A stretch of 64,000 nucleotides of DNA from NCBI GenBank assembly GCA_963729605.1, contig CAVSNY010000006.1:160001-224000 (forward strand), read 5' to 3'. The position numbers and the translations under genes are program-made. How positions within the stretch are numbered: position 1 is the first letter of the stretch; each line of letters starts with the position of its first letter. This DNA comes from an uncultured Gammaproteobacteria bacterium. Lineage in GTDB: Bacteria > Pseudomonadota > Gammaproteobacteria > DRLM01. Under the pieces are notes generated by a model. It was not told the DNA's origin, made no database searches, and worked only from the letters and a program-made list of their open reading frames with translations. Positions 23,250 to 33,035 of the stretch are shown piece by piece.

Positions 23250-24746
23250 GTGGCCAAAACCGCATCGCGCCCCGTGAAAAAAAATAAAAAAATCCTGTTT
23301 GCCGCCAGCGAGGCCCATCCGCTGATCAAAACCGGCGGCCTCGGCGACGTGGCGGGCGCCCTGCCCGCCGCGCTGCACGACTTGAAGCAAGATGTGCGCC
23401 TCATCCTGCCGGCCTACCGCACGGCCATGCAGGACATCGGTGAACTGAAAGTGGTGAGCCTGCGCATGCAGAACGATCCTTATCCGCTGCGGCTATTGGA
23501 AGGCAAAATGCCCGGCAGCGGCCTGCCGGTGTGGCTGGTGGACTCGCCGCGACACTTCGACCGCGCCGGCAATCCCTATCTCGGCGCCGACGGCCGCGAC
23601 TGGCCGGACAACGCCGATCGTTACGCGCTCTTCGCCCGCGCCGTCAGCGCCGTCGCCCTCGATCAAATGGGCCTGGCCTGGCAACCCGACGTGGTGCACT
23701 GCAACGATTGGCAGACCGGCTTGGTGCCGGCGCTGCTGTCCCTGGCGCCGACGCGACCGGCCAGCGTCTTCACCATTCACAATCTGGCCTATCAAGGCGT
23801 GTTCGCGGCGGCGGACTACCGGCGCCTGGGCCTGCCGGCGGAGTTGTGGTCGGTGGAAGGCCTGGAATTTTACGGCCAGGCCTCGTATATCAAAGGCGGG
23901 CTGGCCTACGCCGACATGATCAACACCGTCAGTCCCACCTACGCGGAAGAAATCCGCACCCCCGCCTTCGGCTGCCGACTAGAAGGACTGCTGCAACGCC
24001 GGGCCGAGCGGCTGGTAGGCATACTCAACGGCGCGGACTACCGGGAGTGGGACCCGGAACAGGACCGCCACTTGCCGCATCACTACAGCACGACGTCCCT
24101 GCAAGGCAAGGCCGCCAATAAAACCGCCTTGCAGCGGGAGCTGGGCCTGCCGCGCGCGCCCGAGGTGCCGCTGATCGGCCTGGTCGGCCGCCTAGTGGAA
24201 CAAAAAGGCGTGGACTTGGTGCTGGCGATCCTGCCGGCCCTGCTGCAACAGCCGGTGCAGGTGGTGATACTCGGCAACGGCGATCCGGCCTTCGAAACGG
24301 CGCTTACCGCCTTGGCCGGTCATTATCCGCAACGTTGCCAAGTCAAAATCGGTTTCGATGAAGGGCTGGCCCATCGCATCGAGGCCGGCGCCGACCTGTT
24401 CCTCATGCCCTCGCGGTACGAGCCTTGCGGGCTCAATCAAATTTACAGCCTGCGTTACGGCACCCTGCCGGTGGTGCGGCGCACCGGCGGGCTGGCCGAC
24501 ACGGTGACCGACTGGAGCGCGGGCACCGAGCGCGCCACCGGCTTCGTCTTCGACGAGGCCACGCCCGCCGCCCTGCTCGATGCCCTGCTGCGCGCCGTGC
24601 GGCTTTATCGCGATGATCCCGCCGGCTGGCGGCAGGTCATCGGCAACGCCATGGCCCGCGATTACAGTTGGCGGCAGAGCGCCAAGGCCTACCTCGATCT
24701 TTATCAGCGGGCCATCGCGCAGGCGGGGGCAGGCAAACTCTCATAA
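23250..24746 (+). CDS. glgA: glycogen synthase
   Basis: KTGGLGDV, HCNDWQ, TIHNLAYQG, PSRYEPCGL. Confidence 0.97.
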   Translation: MAKTASRPVKKNKKILFAASEAHPLIKTGGLGDVAGALPAALHDLKQDVRLILPAYRTAMQDIGELKVVSLRMQNDPYPLRLLEGKMPGSGLPVWLVDSPRHFDRAGNPYLGADGRDWPDNADRYALFARAVSAVALDQMGLAWQPDVVHCNDWQTGLVPALLSLAPTRPASVFTIHNLAYQGVFAAADYRRLGLPAELWSVEGLEFYGQASYIKGGLAYADMINTVSPTYAEEIRTPAFGCRLEGLLQRRAERLVGILNGADYREWDPEQDRHLPHHYSTTSLQGKAANKTALQRELGLPRAPEVPLIGLVGRLVEQKGVDLVLAILPALLQQPVQVVILGNGDPAFETALTALAGHYPQRCQVKIGFDEGLAHRIEAGADLFLMPSRYEPCGLNQIYSLRYGTLPVVRRTGGLADTVTDWSAGTERATGFVFDEATPAALLDALLRAVRLYRDDPAGWRQVIGNAMARDYSWRQSAKAYLDLYQRAIAQAGAGKLS

Positions 24747-24821
24747 ACCGGTATAATGCCCGCCTTCGCGTCCCCGCCGAGCGGGGACACTCGCCGGCCA
24801 ATTAAAAATCAGTGAAGTGAA

Positions 24822-27608
24822 ATGAGCGACAAACAACTGCGCGCGCGCGTCAAACTGTTAGGGAAAATTCTGGGCAATGTGTTGCGCGCCCAGGCCGGCC
24901 ATCACGTTTATACCGCCGTGGAAGCGTTGCGCCGAGGCTATATCAGCCTGCATGAACAAGACAGTCCGCACAAGCGCGCGCGTCTCGACAAGCTCATCAG
25001 CAAACTCGACCCGGACACCCTGACCCACGTGGTGCGCGCCTTCAGCACCTATTTCAGCCTGGTGAATCTGGCGGAAGAGGCCTATCAGCATCAACAGCGC
25101 TACGCGCAGATCCGCAAAGGCGGCCCGCTGTGGGTGGGTTCCTTCGACCACACCTTGCGCCGTTTTCACAGCCAAGGCATCAGCGCCGAACAATTACAGA
25201 CCCTGCTCGATCAATTGTTCTACATGCCGGTGTTCACCGCCCACCCCACCGAGGCCAAACGCCGCACCATCATGGAGGCGCTGCGCCGCATCTTCCTCAC
25301 CAGCGAGAAACTCGACGACCCGCGCATCGGCAAGGAAGAAGAGGCGCGGGTCATCCGCGAGCTGGAAAGCGAAATTCAAATCCTCTGGAAGACCGACGAG
25401 GTGCGCGCCAACCGGCCGCAGGTGAGAGACGAAATCCGCAACGGGCTGTTCTATTTTCAGGAGAGCCTGTTCGACGCCGTGCCGCGTTTGTATCGCGGCC
25501 TCGAAAAAGGCATCAAACGCATCTACGGCGACGACGCCGGCGCGGCGGTGCGCGTGCCGAGTTTTCTGCGCTTCGGCTCGTGGATCGGCGGCGACCGCGA
25601 CGGCAATCCCTTCGTCACGGCGGAGACCACGGTGCTGGCCGTGCGCCTGCACGCGCGCACCGCGATCTTGACCTATCTCACCCGCGTCGCGAAACTGAGC
25701 CGCATCCTCACCCATTCCAGCCTGCTGTGCCGGCCGTCCGACGAATTCATGCGCGGCCTGCGCCGCGACGAGACGTTTTACGCCAAGGCCTTTCACGACA
25801 ACCCCGAACGCTTCGGCAACGAACCCTATCGCCGCAAGCTGTATCTGATGCGCCACCGCCTCGAACACAATCTGATGTTGATCAAGGCCCGCCTGGAAGA
25901 CCGGAACGACGATTACGCCGACCGTTATCGCGATGCCGACGAATTGCTCAACGACCTTTATCTGATTCGCGATTCGCTGACCAGTCACGGCGACCTCGCC
26001 ATCGCCGGCGGCGAATTGCAGGACATCATCCGCCTGGTGGAAACGTTCGGTTTCTTCCTGGTCCGGCTCGACCTTCGTCAGGAATCGACCCGCCACGGCC
26101 ACGCGGTGGCGGACATCCTCGCCCACCTGCCCGGCCAGGCGGATTATCTGGCGATGGATGAAGCGGCGCGGCTCGCGCAACTCGCCGCGCTGATCGCTCA
26201 GGATCAAACACCCGCGGTGGACAGGCACAGCCTGCTGCCGGAGACCCGCGAAACCCTGCAAGTGTTCGAGGTGATGGCGCGCATGCGCGAGGAGGTGAGC
26301 GTCGATGCCTTCGGCAATTACGTGATCTCCATGACCCATCACGCCAGCCACGTGCTGGAAGTGATGCTGCTGGCGCGGATCGCGGGCCTGGTGGGCCGCA
26401 ATCCGCGCGGCTGGTATTGTCACCTCAACGTCACACCGCTGTTCGAGACCATCGACGACCTGTCCCGCAGCGAAGAGGTGCTCGCCACCCTGCTCGACAA
26501 TCCCACTTACGCGGCCTTGCTGGCGGCCTCGGGCAAACAGCAGGAGATCATGCTGGGCTACTCCGATTCGTGCAAGGACGGCGGCATCGTCGCCTCGTCG
26601 TGGAAACTCTACGACGCCCAGCAGAAAATCGTCGCCATCACCACCGCGCGCGGCGTGAAATGCCGTTTATTCCACGGCCGCGGCGGCACCGTGGGCCGCG
26701 GCGGCGGCCCCACCCACGAGGCGATTTTGTCGCAGCCGCAAGGCACGGTGCACGGCCAGATCAAATTCACCGAACAGGGCGAAGTGCTGTCCTACAAATA
26801 CAGCAACAGCGAAACCGCCATGTACGAACTCACCATGGGCATCACCGGCTTGATGCAGGCCAGCCGCAATCTGATCGGCGAAACAGGCACCGACCGCAAC
26901 GACTATCTCGCCATCATGGATGAACTGGCGGCCAGCGGCGAAAACGCCTACCGCAATCTCACCGACCGCACCCCCGGCCTCTTGGATTATTTTTACGAGG
27001 CCACCCCGGTGAGCGAGATCGGCCTGCTCAACATCGGCTCGCGGCCCAGCCACCGCAACAAGAGCAGCCGCTCGAAATCCTCGATCCGCGCCATCCCCTG
27101 GGTATTCGGCTGGGCGCAATCGCGCCACACCTTGCCGGCCTGGTACGGCATCGGCACCGCCTTGGAGAACTGGCGCGCCCATGAACCCGACCGCCTGGCG
27201 AAATTGCAGCGCATGTATCAGGAGTGGCCGTTCTTCCGCTCCATGCTCAGCAATACCCAGATGGCGCTGTTCAAGGCCAATATGACCATCGCCCGGCAAT
27301 ACGCCGAGTTGGTGGGCGACCAGGCCATGGCCGCGCAGGTGTTCGGACAGATCAGCGAAGAATATCAGCGCACCATCACTCAAGTGCTCAACGTGGTGGG
27401 CGCGCAGCGTTTGATGGAGGAGAATCCGACGCTGGCCTTTTCGCTGTCGCGGCGCAATCCCTATCTCGATCCGCTCAACCACATTCAAATCACCCTGCTC
27501 GAACGTTATCGCGACACCCAACTCAGCGAGGCGGAACGGGTGTTGTGGCTGGACCCGCTGCTGCGCTCCATCAACGCGGTGGCCGCCGGGATGCGTAACA
27601 CCGGTTAA
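24822..27608 (+). CDS. ppc: phosphoenolpyruvate carboxylase
   Basis: FTAHPTE, GYSDSCKDGG, FHGRGGTVGRGG, RAIPWVF, C-terminal MRNTG; TATAAT at 24752. Confidence 0.97.
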   Translation: MSDKQLRARVKLLGKILGNVLRAQAGHHVYTAVEALRRGYISLHEQDSPHKRARLDKLISKLDPDTLTHVVRAFSTYFSLVNLAEEAYQHQQRYAQIRKGGPLWVGSFDHTLRRFHSQGISAEQLQTLLDQLFYMPVFTAHPTEAKRRTIMEALRRIFLTSEKLDDPRIGKEEEARVIRELESEIQILWKTDEVRANRPQVRDEIRNGLFYFQESLFDAVPRLYRGLEKGIKRIYGDDAGAAVRVPSFLRFGSWIGGDRDGNPFVTAETTVLAVRLHARTAILTYLTRVAKLSRILTHSSLLCRPSDEFMRGLRRDETFYAKAFHDNPERFGNEPYRRKLYLMRHRLEHNLMLIKARLEDRNDDYADRYRDADELLNDLYLIRDSLTSHGDLAIAGGELQDIIRLVETFGFFLVRLDLRQESTRHGHAVADILAHLPGQADYLAMDEAARLAQLAALIAQDQTPAVDRHSLLPETRETLQVFEVMARMREEVSVDAFGNYVISMTHHASHVLEVMLLARIAGLVGRNPRGWYCHLNVTPLFETIDDLSRSEEVLATLLDNPTYAALLAASGKQQEIMLGYSDSCKDGGIVASSWKLYDAQQKIVAITTARGVKCRLFHGRGGTVGRGGGPTHEAILSQPQGTVHGQIKFTEQGEVLSYKYSNSETAMYELTMGITGLMQASRNLIGETGTDRNDYLAIMDELAASGENAYRNLTDRTPGLLDYFYEATPVSEIGLLNIGSRPSHRNKSSRSKSSIRAIPWVFGWAQSRHTLPAWYGIGTALENWRAHEPDRLAKLQRMYQEWPFFRSMLSNTQMALFKANMTIARQYAELVGDQAMAAQVFGQISEEYQRTITQVLNVVGAQRLMEENPTLAFSLSRRNPYLDPLNHIQITLLERYRDTQLSEAERVLWLDPLLRSINAVAAGMRNTG

Positions 27609-27856
27609 TCGGATTTGAGGGAGCGCGGCGCGGAGTTCGCGAAGTGTTAAGACGATCTCGATTCATCGGCGATGGCTTCGATTTGATTTGGCGGTCTGGG
27701 TCGGATTCAGCCGACATCACGATGTCACCTTGATTGTCCGGGTCCGGCCAATAGCGGCGGCCTCCGGGACTTGTTCAATGCAGGGCGGGGTCGCCGCGCG
27801 AAACCCGCCACACGTTGCGCGGCAATGCCTTGCCCTAACGAGCGTAAGGCGGACTG

Positions 27857-27981
27857 GTAGGGCGTCAATAGGCGATAGCCGTATTGCGCCGGATGGAAAC
27901 AAGAACCATGATGGGTGAGTTATGCACGTGGTGAAGGTGGCCTCGCATCCGGCGCAATGCCCTGCGGTTATTGCGCCCTAC
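27857..27981. repeat. inverted pair of GTAG-family REP sequences (REPIN-like)
   Basis: GTAGGGCGTCAATAG...TATTGCGCCGGATG and CATCCGGCGCAAT...TATTGCGCCCTAC. Confidence 0.65.
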
Positions 27982-28153
27982 CGAAATTTCAAAAGCCCCC
28001 ATCACCTACATTGACGGACTGCATGACAAATGGCAGAGCGCTCCGGCGTTTTATAGTCATCTATGAAACGCGGCCATCGACATATTCAGCGGCATTTTCA
28101 TGCTTGCCCCTTAAAACCACCCACCATTCCACCTATCGAAAGGCCAAATCATC

Positions 28154-28600
28154 ATGTCTACAAACACCGTCCGACTTCACCGTGTGTTGCGTGCGCCGCC
28201 TGAAAGAGTCTATCGGGCGTTTCTTGATGCCGGCGCGATGTGCAAATGGCTGCCGCCGCACGGCTTCACCGGCAAGGTTCATCATTTGGAGGCCGAAGTC
28301 GGTGGCACTTACAAGATGTCGTTCACGAACTTCTCCACGGGTCACAGCCACTCTTTTGGCGGAGAGTATCTCGAGCTGGTGCCCTTCGAGCGCATTCGGC
28401 ACACGGACAAATTCGACGACCCGAACTTGCCCGGCGAAATGCAGGTCACGATATCGTTGCGGCAAGTATTCTGCGGAACCGAGTTGAACATCGTGCAGGA
28501 AGGCATACCCGACGTCATTCCACCCGAGGCCTGTTATCTTGGCTGGCAGGAATCGCTCACGCTGCTCGCGCAACTCGTCGAGGCGGAGATTCCCGCGTAA
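28154..28600 (+). CDS. SRPBCC/AHSA1-family protein
   Basis: LHRVLRAPPERVYRAF, WLPPHGF, SFGGEYLELVP, CYLGWQESL. Confidence 0.88.
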   Translation: MSTNTVRLHRVLRAPPERVYRAFLDAGAMCKWLPPHGFTGKVHHLEAEVGGTYKMSFTNFSTGHSHSFGGEYLELVPFERIRHTDKFDDPNLPGEMQVTISLRQVFCGTELNIVQEGIPDVIPPEACYLGWQESLTLLAQLVEAEIPA

Positions 28601-28634
28601 CGACCGATCGAAGACGGAACGCCGTAGGGCCGCC

Positions 28635-29617
28635 GAGCGCTATCTGTCTTGCAATCCCCGTTGCGATTTTTTACGAGAGACTGAGAACTGGGGCAAGCAA
28701 TATTCGGTTAGGCACAGGAAAAATTCAGAACAGATACCCTCTCCCGCGGGCGGGAGAGGGATAGGGTGAGGGGAGAGAGGGGAGGAGAATACCCTGGTAT
28801 CGTGACGGCGGTCGTCCGACCACCCTCACCCCTTCCCCTCTCCCGCCCGCGGGAGAGGGGGACGGCGAACGCCTCATTCAAAAAGCGCGAAGATGCATTT
28901 CGAGATAGGTTCTAGAATCGAGCTCGAAATCGGCTGTGAGCATATCCGGCGGGCGGGGTCGCCCATGACGATAGCTTATTTGCTGGCGAGCGCTATCTGT
29001 CTTGCAATCCCCGTTGCGATTTTTTACGAGAGACCGACAACTGGGGCAAGCAATATTCAGTTAGGCACAGAAAAATTCAGAACAGATACCCTCTCCCGCG
29101 GGCGGGAGAGGGATAGGGTGAGGGGAGAGAGGGAAGGAGGATGCCCTGGTATCGTGACGGCGGTTGTCCGACCACCCTCACCCCTTCCCCTCTCCCGCCC
29201 GCGGGAGAGGGGGACGGCGAACGCCTCATTCAAAAAGCGCGAAGATGCATTTCGAGATAGGTTCTAGAATCGATCTCAAAATCGATCGTGAGGATATTCG
29301 ACGGTCGGGGTCGCCCATGACGATGGCTTATTTGCCGACGAGTGCTGTCTTGCAATCCCCGTTGCGATTTTTTACGAGAGACCGACAACTGGGGCAAGCA
29401 ATATTCAGTTAGGCACAGGAAAAATTCAGAACAGATACCCTCTCCCGCGGGCGGGAGAGGGATAGGGTGAGGGGAGAGAGGGAAGGAGGATACCCTTGCA
29501 TCGTGACGGCGGTTGTCCGGCCACCCTCACCCCTTCCCCTCTCCCGCCCGCGGGAGAGGGGGAATGACGCCTCAGTCCGGCTTGGGATTTTTGTTCCAAT
29601 TTTGAGATAGGTTCTAG
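28635..29617. mobile_element. three tandem ~350-bp MITE-like units (first left-truncated), each with a CCCTCTCCC-type palindrome pair
   Basis: near-identical units; junctions GAGATAGGTT-CTAG-AATCGA(G/T)CTC with CTAG at 28912 and 29264, final CTAG at 29614-29617. Confidence 0.7.
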
Positions 29618-29649
29618 TGAAAATTGAAAGAGTCGCCACCCCGTAAACC

Positions 29650-29674
29650 AAAACGGCCCTGCGCGGGCCGTTTT
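29650..29674 (-). terminator. intrinsic terminator after panD (bidirectional shape)
   Basis: AAAACGGCCC-TGCGC-GGGCCGTTTT. Confidence 0.75.
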
Positions 29675-29703
29675 CACTTCACCAGGCAAACCACTTCAAC
29701 GCG

Positions 29704-30084
29704 TCACGCGACCTGCGCCGGGATGGCGTTGCTGGTGCGCACCACCAGGTTATTTTCGTCGAGATAAACCAGGATGGGTTTGAAGTTGGCCAGCTCGTGC
29801 TGGTTGAGCACGGCGTAGGTGCAGATGATCACCCGGTCGCCGGGGCGGGCCTTGTGGGCCGCCGCGCCGTTTACCGAGATCACGCCCGAACCCGCTTCGG
29901 CGCGGATCGCATAGGTGGTGAAACGTTCGCCGTTGGCCTTGTTGTAGATTTGAATCTGCTCGTACTCGTGGATGCCCGCCAAGTCCAGCAAGGCGCCGTC
30001 GATGGCGCAGGAGCCTTCATATTCCAGCTCCGAGTGGGTGACCCGGGCGTGATGAAGTTTGGATTTGAGCATCGTGTACTGCAT
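29704..30084 (-). CDS. panD: aspartate 1-decarboxylase
   Basis: LKSKLH, YEGSC self-cleavage site, [13 protein letters not shown]. Confidence 0.96.
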   Translation of the reverse strand: MQYTMLKSKLHHARVTHSELEYEGSCAIDGALLDLAGIHEYEQIQIYNKANGERFTTYAIRAEAGSGVISVNGAAAHKARPGDRVIICTYAVLNQHELANFKPILVYLDENNLVVRTSNAIPAQVA

Positions 30085-30168
30085 AAACCGCTTATCCTCA
30101 ACAGATGGCATCGGCACCCGCCGCACTCGCGGCGGGTGCTTGATCGTTCGACAAGTGATTATGGGGAT

Positions 30169-31029
30169 TTAGTCGGGATTCTTCAATGTCACGGGTAGAT
30201 TATCGATGAGCCGAGTCGATCCGAGCCAGGCCGCCGCCAGGATTATCAGACGCGAATCAGCCGCTTGAGGCTCGGCCAGATCCTCGGCGCGGCGAATGCT
30301 GATGTAATCCGGACGGAACCCGCTCTTGAGCAGCAGCGTGCTGATTCGCGCGCAAAGGGAGGGGTAATCGCGCTCGCCCGCCAGCAAGGCCTCGCCTCCG
30401 CGCGCGAGGGCCTGCTGGAGGGCGGGCGCCCGTTCGCGCTCCTCGGCGGAGAGATAGCCGTTGCGCGAGCTCATGGCCAAACCATCGGGTTCGCGCAGGG
30501 TGGGCATGCCGATGATCTCGATGGGCAAACAGAGGTCGGCCACCATGCGCCGCACCAGCAAGAGCTGCTGATAGTCCTTTTCGCCGAACACCGCGACATG
30601 GGGCCGCACCGCGTTGAACAACTTGGTCACCACCGTAGCCACCCCGGTGAAGTGGCCGGGCCGCGCGGCGCCGCACAAAATAGTGGACAGCTCGGGCACC
30701 TCCACTTGGGTGGTGCGCTCGACTCCGAACGGATATATCTCGCTCACCTCGGGCACGAACAACAGATGCACGCCGCTCTCCGCCAGTTTGAGGCTGTCTT
30801 GTTTCAAGGTGCGGGGATACGTCTCATAATCTTCGCCGCGCCCGAACTGGGTGGGATTGACGAAGATGCTCACCACCACTTTATCGCCGGCGCGGCCGGC
30901 GCGTTTGGCCAATTGCAAGTGGCCTGCATGGAGATTGCCCATGGTCGGCACGAAGGCGACCCGCTCGCGGCGGCCCCGCCATTGATCCACCGTGGCGCGT
31001 AATTGGGCGATCGTGTGTACGGTCTGCAT
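30169..31029 (-). CDS. panC: pantoate-beta-alanine ligase
   Basis: VPTMGNLHAGH, FGEKDYQQ, GLAMSSRN, RLIDN; start at MQTVHT. Confidence 0.97.
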   Translation of the reverse strand: MQTVHTIAQLRATVDQWRGRRERVAFVPTMGNLHAGHLQLAKRAGRAGDKVVVSIFVNPTQFGRGEDYETYPRTLKQDSLKLAESGVHLLFVPEVSEIYPFGVERTTQVEVPELSTILCGAARPGHFTGVATVVTKLFNAVRPHVAVFGEKDYQQLLLVRRMVADLCLPIEIIGMPTLREPDGLAMSSRNGYLSAEERERAPALQQALARGGEALLAGERDYPSLCARISTLLLKSGFRPDYISIRRAEDLAEPQAADSRLIILAAAWLGSTRLIDNLPVTLKNPD

Positions 31030-31847
31030 CAGTTGAACCCGTGTTCCGGCGCGGGAAAGGCCCCGCTCTTCACCGCTAGTACATAACTCTCCACCGCCGC
31101 CGCCACGCTGCTCTGGCCCTGCATGAAATCGCGGACGAACTTGGGCCGGTGGCCGGGGGTGATGCCCAGCATGTCGTACAACACCAGCACCTGGCCGTCG
31201 CAGGTCGGGCCGGCGCCGATGCCGATCACCGGGATGTCCACCGCGCCGGTGATCTCGGCGGCCAGGGCGCCGGGGATACTCTCCACCACCAGCACATCGG
31301 CGCCCGCCGCCTGCAGGGCTTGGGCGTCTTGCAACATCTGCCGCGCCGCGGCCGGGTCGCGGCCCTGCACCCGGTAGCCGCCCAGCCGGTGCACCGACTG
31401 TGGCTGCAAACCCAGGTGGGCGCACACCGGAATGCCGCGCGCGGTGAGCTGGCGCACCGTTTCGACTTGAATGGCGCCGCCCTCCAGCTTGACCATGTGC
31501 GCGCCGCCTTCCTGCATCAGCCGCGCGGCGTTGCGCAAGGCCTGTTCCGGCGTGGCGTAACTCATGAAGGGCATGTCCGCCATCAACAAGGCGCGCCGCC
31601 GGCCGCGCGCCGCGGCGGCGGCGTGATACACCATCTCGTCCATGGTAACCGGCACGGTGGTCTCGCGGCCCTGCACCACCATGCCCAGCGAGTCGCCGAC
31701 CAGCAGCACCTCGACGCCGGCCGCGTCGAGCAGCGCGGCGAAGCTGGCGTCGTAGGCGGTGAGGCACGCGAACTTTTCGCCCTTGCGTTTCATCTTGCGC
31801 AGGCTCGTGACGGTGACCGAGCCCGCGGGCGAGACCTCGCCGCTCAT
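31029..31847 (-). CDS. panB: 3-methyl-2-oxobutanoate hydroxymethyltransferase
   Basis: LTAYD, LVGDSLG, VKLEGG, HLGLQPQ, IGIGAG. Confidence 0.97.
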   Translation of the reverse strand: MSGEVSPAGSVTVTSLRKMKRKGEKFACLTAYDASFAALLDAAGVEVLLVGDSLGMVVQGRETTVPVTMDEMVYHAAAAARGRRRALLMADMPFMSYATPEQALRNAARLMQEGGAHMVKLEGGAIQVETVRQLTARGIPVCAHLGLQPQSVHRLGGYRVQGRDPAAARQMLQDAQALQAAGADVLVVESIPGALAAEITGAVDIPVIGIGAGPTCDGQVLVLYDMLGITPGHRPKFVRDFMQGQSSVAAAVESYVLAVKSGAFPAPEHGFN

Positions 31848-32500
31848 GCCAGGATGTCCGTCGGCAGGGGATTGACGTAGTGGCGGCCGCTCCGGGTGCG
31901 GCGGATGTGTTCGACCAGGGATTGATAATCCAATTCGTTCTCCACCCAATCGATGTCGGAGGCGTTGACGATCAACAGCGGCGACTGGTCGTAGTGATAA
32001 AAGAGCTGGGCATAGGCGTCGGCCAGGCGTTGCAGATAGGCCGATTCGATCAGCCGTTCGTAGGAAATACCGCGGCGTTTGATGCGCTCCAGCAATACGT
32101 CCACCGGGGCCTGCAGGTAGATCACCAAATCCGGCCGCGGCGCCGCCACCGAGACGTGGGCATAGACCTGCTCGTACAAACGCAGCTCATCGTCGTCCAG
32201 GGTGAGCTGGGCGAACAGCCGGTCCTTCTCCAACAGAAAATCGCTGACCAGACGGCCGCGGAACATATCGCCCTGCCGCAGGTGCTCGACCTGCTGCACC
32301 CGCTGAAACAAAAACGACAGCTGGGTGGGCAACGCCGCCTGGCGCGGATTCTGGTAAAACCGCTCGAGAAAGGGATTGTCCTCGGCGCGCTCCAGCAGCA
32401 TCTCGCTGCCGAAGGTCGCCGCCAACCGCCGCGCCAGGCTGGTCTTGCCTACCCCGATCGGTCCTTCGACGATGATGTAGCCTGGCGCGTCTTGACTCAT
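31844..32500 (-). CDS. deoxynucleoside kinase family protein
   Basis: [27 protein letters not shown]; usual position between folK and panB. Confidence 0.9.
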   Translation of the reverse strand: MSQDAPGYIIVEGPIGVGKTSLARRLAATFGSEMLLERAEDNPFLERFYQNPRQAALPTQLSFLFQRVQQVEHLRQGDMFRGRLVSDFLLEKDRLFAQLTLDDDELRLYEQVYAHVSVAAPRPDLVIYLQAPVDVLLERIKRRGISYERLIESAYLQRLADAYAQLFYHYDQSPLLIVNASDIDWVENELDYQSLVEHIRRTRSGRHYVNPLPTDILA

Positions 32501-32997
32501 ACCGCGGCGGAAATGGCCTGCAAGGCCGGGGGCGGGCAGCCCTCCATCAAACGGCGCAGGCTGCCGGCGCCCGGGATATGCAACTCGGGGGCGATCTCAT
32601 GCAATGGGAACAACACGAAATCCCGCTCCGGCAAACCGGGATGGGGCACGGTGAGGGCCTTGCTTTCGTGGCGCTGATCGCCGTACAGCAATAGATCCAA
32701 ATCCAAGGTGCGCGGCTCCCAGCGCTCGGTGCGGGTCCGGCCATGTTCGGCTTCGATGAGATGCAGCTCCTGCAGCAACTCATGCGCGGGGAGGCGGGTA
32801 TCCAGCGCGGCGACCGCGTTGACGTAATCGGGCTGCACCATGTCGCCTAAAGGTTTGCTGCGGTACAAGGACGAATAGGCCACGCAACAGGTACCGGCGA
32901 TGGCGTCCAACGCGGCTAACGCGCTGCGAATCTGCCGCACCGGATTATTGAGATTACTACCGAGCCCCACATAAGCACGAACCAGACTGGAATTCAT
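32497..32997 (-). CDS. folK: 6-hydroxymethyl-7,8-dihydropterin pyrophosphokinase
   Basis: GLGSNL, YVNAV, RWEPRTLDLDLL, LTVPHP. Confidence 0.96.
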   Translation of the reverse strand: MNSSLVRAYVGLGSNLNNPVRQIRSALAALDAIAGTCCVAYSSLYRSKPLGDMVQPDYVNAVAALDTRLPAHELLQELHLIEAEHGRTRTERWEPRTLDLDLLLYGDQRHESKALTVPHPGLPERDFVLFPLHEIAPELHIPGAGSLRRLMEGCPPPALQAISAAV

Positions 32998-33035
32998 GTT
33001 ATCCCCCTTGTGTTTTGGCAACCCCTCACCCGAAG

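Noticed and set aside
28635-29617. Tandem repeat as a second CRISPR-like array
   Set aside because: Units are about 350 bp and nearly identical throughout, with no unique spacers.
28893-29689. ORFs within the tandem repeat (PSPLPLSRPRERG-type peptides)
   Set aside because: Translations of the palindromic repeat, with frames not conserved between copies.
30169-31767. 532-aa ORF suggesting an N-terminally extended or fused PanC
   Set aside because: The extension is an off-frame read through panB; PanC homology starts at ATG 31029.
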